The notes beneath the pieces were generated by a model, which did not search any database, was not told the origin of the DNA, and saw only the letters and a list, made by a program, of their open reading frames with translations. The position numbers and the translations under genes were made by a program. 64,000 nt of DNA from Candidatus Marinacidobacterales bacterium (GTDB taxonomy: Bacteria > Acidobacteriota > Vicinamibacteria > Marinacidobacterales > SMYC01). Of the stretch, positions 28,550 through 37,614 are shown one piece after another (within the stretch, counting starts at the first letter, position 1; each line of letters opens with the position of its first letter). The stretch covers positions 2,048,001 through 2,112,000 of the forward strand of contig CBDCYI010000005.1 of NCBI GenBank assembly GCA_965224085.1, written 5' to 3'.

Positions 28550-31390
28550 CTAAAAACGGAGGCGCACCCCAATTTGCAGGGTGCGCGGCAGCTCGATGAC
28601 GGCCGGTTTCCCAAAATTGGAGAGGTCGAATCTCAAGGTCTGGACAGCCGTGACGGTGCTTACATTGAGCACGTTGAAGACGTCGGCCGTAAGATCCAAG
28701 TTCAAACGGCTGCCAAGTACAATCGCCTTTTCGGCACGGAACGATAGCAGGTGCAGAAAGTCTTGTCGGTTCGTTCCTCTCGGCTGACCGGCGAACTCGA
28801 TGAAGCTCTCTACCACGATGGCCGGGTTATCCTCCGCGAACACACGAATCGTGGGGGAGCCCAGGACGTCCGATGGGAAACCCGAGTCGGGCTTGATGGG
28901 GAAGCCGGAGATCCCCTGGTAGAACGCGCTCACCATGATTTGGTAAGGAGCCTGGTAGCTGCCGACGAGCTTGATCTGGACGGGAGCGTCCAAGTCGAGC
29001 GGACCGTCAATATTGATCAAGGTGTTCGGGTTGTCGTAGATTTGGTGTCCTCCCCAGGTGGCGCCGAAACTGTTGCCGATATTGCCGTCGGACCGGCCGA
29101 GGTTGAGCGAGCCAGTAAACTGCCAGCCGTCGCTCATCCGCTTGCGAGCGGCGATCTCGAGTCCTTTGTAGTTCCGCTCGAGAGGCACCGGATCGGTGGG
29201 GGTGGTGAGGTAGCGGATTCGTTGCGCCCCCACGAATTCCGGTTTCAGAGCGAAGGCCGTCATAGACTGGCCATCGATCGGGTTGATGACGTCGAGCGGA
29301 TCATAGGCAGAGAAGGGCCTGCCTATGTCTACGGTCTCCAGGATGTCCCGGTCGCGTTTGAAAATCCCGCTCACCGAGATGGCAAAGTTGTTTCCGATCT
29401 GCTGCTCGACTCCCACGTGGAGCGCGTCCGTGTAAGGTGCCTTCAAATTGGGATCGAACTGATCCAGATTTGTCGAGAAATTTCGGCGCAGGGTCCCCTG
29501 TTCGCCGTCCTGGAAGAAGAGATCGCCGTTAAGGTCATTCCAATCGTACTCCTGAAAGCTGGCCGCGTTCTGGAGGGCGAGCGACATGTGCTGATTCATG
29601 AGCGCCACGTAATATCGGCCAAAATTCAGCTTAAAGGAGGTCCGCTGGTCACCCTTGAGATCCCACACCAGCCCCAGCCGAGGGGCGACGGTGAACCAAT
29701 CGATCTGATTGCGTTGCTCGGCGAAGGTCACCTCGGGAAACCACCGACCCCCACCGCCCGTCTGCTCGGGGTGGAACCCCTCACTCCATTCGAACCGGGC
29801 CCCCAGATTCAGGGTGACCCGATCTTTCAGCGTCCATGCATCCTGGACGAACCCCGCCTGGCGGTTGACGTGCCGGCCCTGCAGCACCGGGAGCTGGTAA
29901 AGCCGAATCCGGTGTGCCGCTCCGTTCCTGTACCGGTGAAGCATTTCATCGGGGAGTTCGAATCGCCTCCAAAGCGGTGCAAATTCGTACTCGAAACCCG
30001 CCTGGAGATTGTGTTCGCCTCCCAAGAAGTCCCCGCTGAAGTAAGAGAAGTTGGCCTTGATATTTCTTTTCTCTCGGTTTTTGTAGTTGTTGACCGTGCG
30101 TGTCCATCCGCAGCAATCTAGCCCAGTGCCAATGTCCCGACCGCCCGATATCTCGGAATTGACAAAACCGCCCCCGCTCTGCTGCAAGGTCTGGACAAAC
30201 TTTATGTCCATATAGGTGTTTTCATTCAGCACCTGTGTCAGGGACACAAAAATGATCTTCTGATACCGGTCAGCGTCACGCCACGTCTCGGGCGAATCGT
30301 TGGTTCGAAAGCTGGCGCCGGTCGGAAACTCCGTACGGTCGCGCTGGGTGTAGGAGCCCATGAGGCGCGTATTCTCCGTTAGCTGCGTGGTGACCTTGAC
30401 GAAGCCTTGAGTGTCGGAAACGTCTATATCTCTGGCTGTGAAGTCCGGACGCGTGAAGTCGATGTCAAACCTGCGGATATTCCCGAAATACCAGACCTTA
30501 TCCTGCAGGATCGGACCGCCCAGGGTGAAGCCGTAATTCACGTTCTTGTTGATCGTCGTTCCCTGTTCGAGTCCCTGGTCGATGAGCTCGTCGGTGAGGT
30601 TGTCCCCTTGTAGCCCATCATTCTGTAAGAAAACGTTGACATTACCTTCGTGTTGGTTTCCACCCGACTTGGTCACGAAGTTGAACACCGCGCCGCTCGC
30701 CTGACCGAACTCGGCAGAAATGCCTCCGCTAGTGATCTGAACCTCGTCGAGAATGTCGTATGGGAGGTCGGTGAACGTGTAGCCCACCGTGTTATCGTTA
30801 ATGTTTGCGCCGTCGACGTACGAGACGTTGTCTCGAACCGAACCTCCGTGCACGGTTTGCGCCGGAGCAAAGGCGTATTGGCTATCGATGACACCCGGAG
30901 CGGTGACAAGGAGCTCGTCAAAGCGGTTTGCCGAGGGGAGATTCTCCACAATGGCACTGTCGACGATGCGCTGCGTCTTGGTGTTCCTCACATCGATGAT
31001 TGGCGATTCGCCAGTTACCGTGACGGTCTCCTGAACGGCACTAATGTTCAAGGTAACATCAATCGCTAGCGATGCTCCTGCCTCCAGAACGATCTCCTCG
31101 TGGGAAGTCGTTTGGAATCCTGGCAGCTCGATTTTTACCCTATAGACGCCAGGGGGAAGACTTGGAACACGATAAGTCCCTTCATTGCCGGTGACTCGGA
31201 CCTCCGTGTCCTTGATGAGCTGCGGACTGGATACGGTTACCGTCGCACCGGGGATACGGCTACCGCTCGCGTCGACGACCCTGCCGTAGAGGGTTCCGGT
31301 GAGTTCCTGCGCAAGGACACTACCTGCTCCCATCAGCAATAGGATGGACAGGACAAAACTAACCGAATTCATCACGAATCTATTGGACAT
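28550..31390 (-). CDS. TonB-dependent receptor (TBDR3)
   Basis: Full-length paralog of TBDR1, ending LQIGVRLRF; RBS AAGGAGA before ATG 31390. Confidence 0.92.
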   Translation of the reverse strand: MSNRFVMNSVSFVLSILLLMGAGSVLAQELTGTLYGRVVDASGSRIPGATVTVSSPQLIKDTEVRVTGNEGTYRVPSLPPGVYRVKIELPGFQTTSHEEIVLEAGASLAIDVTLNISAVQETVTVTGESPIIDVRNTKTQRIVDSAIVENLPSANRFDELLVTAPGVIDSQYAFAPAQTVHGGSVRDNVSYVDGANINDNTVGYTFTDLPYDILDEVQITSGGISAEFGQASGAVFNFVTKSGGNQHEGNVNVFLQNDGLQGDNLTDELIDQGLEQGTTINKNVNYGFTLGGPILQDKVWYFGNIRRFDIDFTRPDFTARDIDVSDTQGFVKVTTQLTENTRLMGSYTQRDRTEFPTGASFRTNDSPETWRDADRYQKIIFVSLTQVLNENTYMDIKFVQTLQQSGGGFVNSEISGGRDIGTGLDCCGWTRTVNNYKNREKRNIKANFSYFSGDFLGGEHNLQAGFEYEFAPLWRRFELPDEMLHRYRNGAAHRIRLYQLPVLQGRHVNRQAGFVQDAWTLKDRVTLNLGARFEWSEGFHPEQTGGGGRWFPEVTFAEQRNQIDWFTVAPRLGLVWDLKGDQRTSFKLNFGRYYVALMNQHMSLALQNAASFQEYDWNDLNGDLFFQDGEQGTLRRNFSTNLDQFDPNLKAPYTDALHVGVEQQIGNNFAISVSGIFKRDRDILETVDIGRPFSAYDPLDVINPIDGQSMTAFALKPEFVGAQRIRYLTTPTDPVPLERNYKGLEIAARKRMSDGWQFTGSLNLGRSDGNIGNSFGATWGGHQIYDNPNTLINIDGPLDLDAPVQIKLVGSYQAPYQIMVSAFYQGISGFPIKPDSGFPSDVLGSPTIRVFAEDNPAIVVESFIEFAGQPRGTNRQDFLHLLSFRAEKAIVLGSRLNLDLTADVFNVLNVSTVTAVQTLRFDLSNFGKPAVIELPRTLQIGVRLRF

Positions 31391-31521
31391 TTTCTTCTCC
31401 TTGAAACTGACGGTAACAAACTGGATGCCCTCTCCGCGGTCGAAAGCGCGGCACCCGGATAGGCTCATCGCGCCAAACTGCAACTAGACTAAGACTAGAA
31501 CTAGAATCACGACATACGCTC

Positions 31522-31548
31522 TCTATACCATCGCTCATCGTTTGTCAA
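31522..31548 (-). promoter_or_regulatory. Sigma70-like promoter for TBDR3
   Basis: Minus strand TTGACA-15 nt-TATAGA; context cgttgttcttgacaa...gcgatggtata is shared with 2920-2953. Confidence 0.55.
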
Positions 31549-31835
31549 GAACAACGAGGCGGATGGGACCGCGGCTTGGCCGGCGCACCAAACACCCGAA
31601 GACACGGATGATGGAAATTTTGACTGCGCGATAGAAAGTCCTGCGAGGACCTCGGGCGCCTCTAGGTTGAATAGCAGGGAAATTCAGCAACTCTTGAGGC
31701 CGGCTCGCTGGCCCCCTTTGGATTGCCGGTGTCACCAAAGCAGGGCGTATGGTGGTAACCTGACTCGGCGGTCTTGAGGAGGTTTTCTCCGCGTTGCTCT
31801 TGGTCAGAGCATTTGAAAAGGCAAAGTAAAGTGCA

Positions 31836-33299
31836 GTGAGCAAGAAGAGGCGGGGAAGGAAGCGCTCGGCGTCAGAGCCGAGGGGCTTCCTGCGGCGAAC
31901 GAGGCAAGCCTTACTGGTGTTGGGCATCCTAGCGATTCTTCTCGCTATAGCCAGCCGGCTACTTCGAGAGGGGCCATCGGTTCCGCATCCGGATACGTCG
32001 ATGATGGAGCCCCAGGTAGCAGCGAAGATTCATAAGTATCGCCGGGCCGTCATTCGTGACGCGGGATCTCCGGAGGACTGGGGGCGGCTGGGTATGGTAT
32101 TCCAGGCCCACGGGCTGGAGGTCGAAGCGACGGAATGCTACACGCGTGCCTCCAAGCTCGATACCGTAGAGTTCCGCTGGACCTACTTACTGGCCAACAC
32201 ACTTGCGGACAGGAACACAGAGCAGGCGCTCACCTTTGCTGAGCGCGCCTCCCAGCTCAGACCGAGCTATGCGCCGGCTCATGTCCTCGTGGCTCAGCTC
32301 CTGGAACGACACAACCGGCCGGAAAGTGCTCTGGAGCGTTACAAAAAGGCGGTTGCGTCAGATCCGCGCTGTACCGTGGCCGTGTTCGGTCTCGGGCGCC
32401 TTTACCTGGCGAATCGAGACCTGGAGGTCAGTCTAGAGCATCTCCGGCGTGCTGCAGAATTACAGTCAGACGCCACGCCTATCAACGCCTTCCTGGCTAG
32501 GGTCTACCGACGACTCGATGATCCGGCATCAGCCGAGCGGGAGGCTGAACTGGCTCGGCAGCCTAGCAAGGAGATTGTTTTAAACGACCCGCTCATGGCT
32601 CAGGTCATGGATGAGGCGGTGTCTTCTGCGGCCTATCACCGCCGAGCGATGCGTGCCGATGCGGCTGGAGATTTGAAAAACGCCGAGGCACTCTACCGGT
32701 CGCTCCTGGAGATACGGCCTCTGGATGTTGTGATTCACTATCAGCTAGGAAATATGCTGGCTCGCCAAGGAAAGTTCCCCCAGGCCAGGGATCAATACCG
32801 CAAGGCTTTGGACGTAGACCTGCGCCACGCCCCAACACTGGTCGCTTTCGGCAACATGTTGAACTATCAGGGAGAGTTCGATGAAGCGGTACGACAGTAT
32901 CGAAATGCGCTGGACGTTCGTCCCGAAGACACGGTCACTCGCAACAACCTGGCCAACGTTCTCGCAAAGAAGGGGGAGCTCGAACAGGCGAGAGCGCATT
33001 ACCAGAAGTCTCTGGAGTACGAGCCGGGCAACTTCGACGCTCATCATAACCTGGGGCAAGTCTTGGCTCGGCAGGGCAAAATCGAGCAGGCAATAGCCCA
33101 TTACCGATCGGCCCTGCGGTCGAAGCACAACGTCGGCCTGGTTCATTCTCACCTTGCCCTTGCTCTCGTCCAGGCCGGAGACTATCGATCCGCTTGGAAG
33201 CACGCAGAACTTGCCCAAAGTCTTGGCGAGACGTTTCCGGCGGACATTCTCGAGGCACTGGAGCAGCGCATGCAGGACCCCACCTCGAAGCGACCCTAA
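31836..33299 (+). CDS. Membrane-anchored tetratricopeptide repeat protein
   Basis: Basic N-terminus, TM segment, many TPRs (AH.NLG.VLA.QG...AI.HY..AL). Confidence 0.85.
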   Translation: MSKKRRGRKRSASEPRGFLRRTRQALLVLGILAILLAIASRLLREGPSVPHPDTSMMEPQVAAKIHKYRRAVIRDAGSPEDWGRLGMVFQAHGLEVEATECYTRASKLDTVEFRWTYLLANTLADRNTEQALTFAERASQLRPSYAPAHVLVAQLLERHNRPESALERYKKAVASDPRCTVAVFGLGRLYLANRDLEVSLEHLRRAAELQSDATPINAFLARVYRRLDDPASAEREAELARQPSKEIVLNDPLMAQVMDEAVSSAAYHRRAMRADAAGDLKNAEALYRSLLEIRPLDVVIHYQLGNMLARQGKFPQARDQYRKALDVDLRHAPTLVAFGNMLNYQGEFDEAVRQYRNALDVRPEDTVTRNNLANVLAKKGELEQARAHYQKSLEYEPGNFDAHHNLGQVLARQGKIEQAIAHYRSALRSKHNVGLVHSHLALALVQAGDYRSAWKHAELAQSLGETFPADILEALEQRMQDPTSKRP

Positions 33300-33358
33300 G
33301 TCGTCGAATTCTTTGGGTCCGTACGGGACGAGGGAACCGCTTTGTGGCTTCTGCTGCG

Positions 33359-36300
33359 TTATCTAGGCTGCTTGAGCCCGAGGGCTTCTCCCAACCCACC
33401 TAGCTCCGGATCGTCCGGCCACCGCTCGAGCCCCTCCTCGAGAAAGCGAAGTGCTTCGCTTCGCTCGCCAACTTGAACGTGAGCACGGATGAGTCTCACG
33501 CAGATTGCGGGCGAAGGAGCAAGGTCGAACGCCTTTCGAAGGGGTTGTAGGGCTTGTCGGCTTTGCCCGGTTTGATTGAGAATGGTGCTCAAGTTGAGGT
33601 GGTCTCTCGGAGACTCGGGTTGGTGGGAGATCGCCGCCTCATAGGAGGAGATGGCCTTCGACAAATTACCCAGCACCGCCATGACGTAGCCGAGATTGCT
33701 GTGTGCATCGGCAAATTGTGGATTCAACGCGATGGCTTTCTCGAACGCCTCTGCCGCTTCTTTCCATCTTTGCTGGTTGAGCATCACCGTGCCGAGGTTG
33801 TGATGGACCTTGGCAGAATCCGGACTCCGTTCCGTGGCCCTTTGGTAGAACGTCTCTGCGTGACTCCAGTAGCCCCGCTCTGCGAACTCATTGCCCAGTG
33901 AAAAAAAATTGCGGAAGAACTCGATTCCCAAATTGATGCCATCGAACGGCAGGCCGACCCGCTCCCGCTCTTCGGCGGTCCGAGGGATTCGCTCCGAGTC
34001 GGCGGCAACGTCATCAGCCCCGACGGCGCCCCGGTAAACCTTGACAATCCTTCCTTGCTCGTCGATGAGGAAGCTCGTTGGAATGGCCAGGTCGGAAATT
34101 CGGTCATAGAGAGTGGGAGTCAGGACATTGTAGACTCCAACCATCTCTTCACTAGCCAGGAGCAACGGGAAGTCGAGCCGGAGCTCCTCCTTGAACGCCC
34201 GCACCGGTTCCTCAGCCGGCGGCTCGTCCACCGAGACGGCTAGAAGAGTGACGCCCGACGCTTCCAGATCCGATCTTTTATTCTTGAAGTCCAAAAGCTC
34301 ACCGCGGCAAGGGGCGCACCAGCTCGCCCAGAAGTTCAGCAGCACCTTTTGTCCTTTGAGACTCGCTAACCGGTGGCTCTTGCCGTCCAAGTCGCTCAAG
34401 GTGAAATCAGGAGCGGGCAGAGGATCCAGAAGCCACGTACCCCTGGGTGGGCTGGGCATGTCTTTATTGACCTTCCGAACCGGAGTCGCGTGGGGCGGCT
34501 GGAAAGGCTCGATCTCGAGGTCCTCCTCGCCTTCGACCACACGGATGAGGTGATTCGCCGGGGTCGACCCGAGTGTCTGTACCACTCCACTCGGCCAGTG
34601 GATGACGACTCTTTCTATCTCCCCCAAACCCTCGAGACCGAAATGAAGCCTGCGGCTACTTTGAGATAGGTAACCGCTTGCCGCACGTACCGTTTTCTGA
34701 CGAACGCCCCGACTGGTGTGGACCTCGACGCGGGCACCTATCGCGTCAGGATTACTCGAGCGACCTTCCAAAAGAAAACGGACCGCAGCCCGTCCGTTGG
34801 CCAGGTCGTTGCGCAGGAGCCGGAGCTGAGGTGCGTTTCGGCTCTTGAGTGCGATGTCAATGTCCCCATCCAGGTCATAGTCGAAACCGACGAAGGCCCG
34901 TCCGTCCTCGGGAAAGTCGAGCCCGCTGATACCCGAGGCATCGATGAAGGTGCCGTCGCCATTGTTGAGGTAGAAGCAGTTGCGCTCGTCGCCGCTCCAG
35001 CTTCCGTCGCCCCGAATGAGGCGATTGATAGCGTTCCAGCCTTGCTCATAAAGCTCCACCGCTTTGTTTTCAGTGGGCGAGCGCGACACGACTTGCCGCC
35101 AGAAGAAGCTTCAAAGATCTTTCGTCGAGGTATTAGTAATGAAGCCATTGACGGAGTAGAGGTCTTCGTCCCCGTCGTTGTCGCAATCGAGAAAGTCACT
35201 ACTCCAGGCCCATCGCCCAAACTCGACCCCGGCCTGCTTGCCGACATCTTCGAACCCGCCATCTCCCCGGTTTCGAAACAAGCTACTTCCCTTGGCGTGA
35301 CGCACGTAGCTGGCGCGTGCGTTGTCAGTTTGATAACCGGGCTGTCCGGTCAGGCGTAGACCGGCAGAAGACCACATGTTGCCCACATAGAGATCGTCTT
35401 TGCCATCCAGGTCGTAATCCACCCAGGCGACGCTCATACCCGCGCCGATGTCCGATACACCCGCGTCTCGGGTAACCTCGAGGAATCTGCCTTTCCCGAA
35501 GTTCTGATACAGATTGTTCCTGCCGAAGTCGTTCGCCACGTAGAGGTCGAGCCATCCATCATTGTTGAAGTCGCCCCAAGACGAGGAGAAGCTGAAGCGG
35601 TCGTTTCCCCGGTCAAAGCCCGCACTCTTGGTGACGTCTTCGAAGGTTCCATCGCCACGATTCCGAAAAAGTATGTTTGGAGGCCCATTGGTGGCATCGT
35701 GATAGGGGTAAGGCAGCGCCAGGGTAGTATCTTCTCCGGGAGCATCGAAGTATCGGTAGCAGGTGACGTAGAGGTCCAAATCGCCGTCGTTGTCGAAGTC
35801 GGCCAATGACGCCGAGCTCAAAGTGGCGTCGGCGCCGTCTTTCCTTTCAAACGAAGCTCGAGAGAGCTCGAATCTCCCGTGCCCGTCGTTTAGGAGAAGC
35901 ACGACGGTCCAGTTATGGATGACGACGAACAGGTCTTGATCACCGTCATTGTCGGCGTCGCCGAAGAGTCCCAAGGAGGTGCGCTCGAGAAGATCGACTC
36001 GGGATTCCCGGCTGATATCCTCGAACGTCCCGTCACCCCGGTTCCGATAGAGCCGGTTCGGGAGTCCCTGCGGCTGAGCCACGTAAAGGTCCTCGAGTCC
36101 GTCGCCATCCACGTCTCCAACCGCAAGTCCGCTATGTCCGTACACATCGATGCCACCGGCGGCATCTACCCCGGTGCGGAAGTGATCGACCCCCATCCTC
36201 ATCTGCTCCCAGTAGGAGGGTGCGTCGGCCCAGGCGACAGTGCTCACGTCGGTAAAGAAGGGCTTGGCGGTTCGCCCTCCGGTGGAGGGCTCGACCTCGA

Positions 36301-36946
36301 GGCGCTTCATTTTCCAACCGTCATCCGAAAAGACCCAGTCCACTCGCCACCAACCTCGACGGGCAATGAAGTCGTTCGCCGCTCCTCGTCCCGAGACGTC
36401 ATACAAGATCCGAGTCCGCGCATGCGACGGCTCGGCAGCGGCATCCACGTGGATACTGACGATCTTGAACTCGAGTAAAGAAAAGGAATGAAACTCCTCG
36501 ATCCAAGCCAGAAGAGCGGAGGGCGCCTGGGCCGCCATTGCGGAGAGCTTTTCAGGATAGCGATACCGGAAGAGCTCAACACTCGGAGGTGCGGCCACCG
36601 CCTGGCTTGAGACCGGCTCTAGAGAAGGTGCCTGAAACCCCCTATGGACAAGCGAGGCGATCTCTCCCGGTCGACGTCCTTCTATTGCCTCTTCCAACGC
36701 ACGGAGCCTTTCTTCGATCGCCTCGGCAACGACCTCGGTCCTAAAACGATCCTGTGCAGGATCGACGGCAACGAACAGGGACTCGACCGCCGAGCGTTTG
36801 GAGGGGTAGCCTCGCACCGGGAAGACCTGTTTGCTCTGCTCAGATTGCTCGGAGGCTTCTCCTGCTCGTGAGGCGGGAGTAAAGGATATGAACAAGCAGG
36901 CCAGCACCACGAGACGAGAAAACGACTCACTCATGATGGAATACAC
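33359..36946 (-). CDS. FG-GAP repeat / ASPIC-UnbV / TlpA-like redoxin / TPR protein with in-frame TGA at codon 612 (candidate selenoprotein)
   Basis: ORFs 35111-36946 and 33359-35089 are in frame and joined by TGA AGC TTC TTC TGG CGG CAA GTC (KDL*SFFWRQVVSRSP). Contains DxDxDG repeats, GYLSQSS..LHFGL, NFWASWCAPC and C-terminal TPRs. Confidence 0.8.
35083..35099 (-). promoter_or_regulatory. Putative SECIS-like hairpin
   Basis: Stem GCGGCA/UGUCGC with loop AGUCG, starting 11 nt after the UGA, the same offset as the FDH SECIS. Confidence 0.5.
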
Positions 36947-37141
36947 TTCGCTCCGATCCAGCGGTTGTTTTTGTTGACTCGCTGCCTCGGCGAGATGCTA
37001 TCACCGGCGGAGCCTGAAAGGGCTCCCAGGAAAACGCAAGTTTAGTCCAGCCGAGCGGTCTGACGCTGCTCGCCAGCTGAGGAGAATAGGACGCGAAGCG
37101 GGAAAAAGCAAGCGGTCGCGTTGCAGCGAAGTTGCTGGTGC

Positions 37142-37460
37142 TGACGATTTTCCCAAGCTCGAGCAAATGATGCTCGCGGCTATAGAGGAGCTGCGCCAGG
37201 GAAGATTGGCCTCAGGGGATTTGAACCGGGCACGAAAAGCGCATGCGCCTCGGTCTTCTTGAAGGGCGGCGGAGCCTATACCCGTCCGCCGCGGTTCTCG
37301 CCCGATGGTCGCCGTATCGCTTTCGCCGCCCCGCCGGCGGTAACTCCGATATCTACCTGGTGGAGGCGGACTCGGCCACGCCCCTCCGGCTGACAACCGA
37401 TCCTGCCGAGGACTTCGCGCCATCGTGGACGCCCGCTGGCGAGGCGATCTCGTACTGTGC
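37142..37460 (+). pseudogene. Gene debris: ~110-bp M16 fragment fused to a TolB/PD40 repeat fragment
   Basis: 37142-37250 is nearly identical to ~10997-11105. It is followed by PRFSPDGRRIAF and GNSDIYLV...RLTTDPAEDFAPSWTP. Confidence 0.7.
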
Positions 37461-37614
37461 CGAAATTCGGCCGATCACTTGAACACTAATAATAATGATA
37501 GAAGCGCTATCGCGCTGAAAACTCCGCAACACGCCAGGACCACGATCGTTCGCTTTCCGACCGTGACGAATCGAAGCCCGGGATGGGCGCGACTTGCTAA
37601 GATGAAACAGGGTA

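Noticed and set aside
21448-35116. CTT TGA at both internal stops as an RF2-type +1 frameshift site
   Set aside because: In both genes homology continues in the same frame, and the following base is not the C of CTT TGA C.
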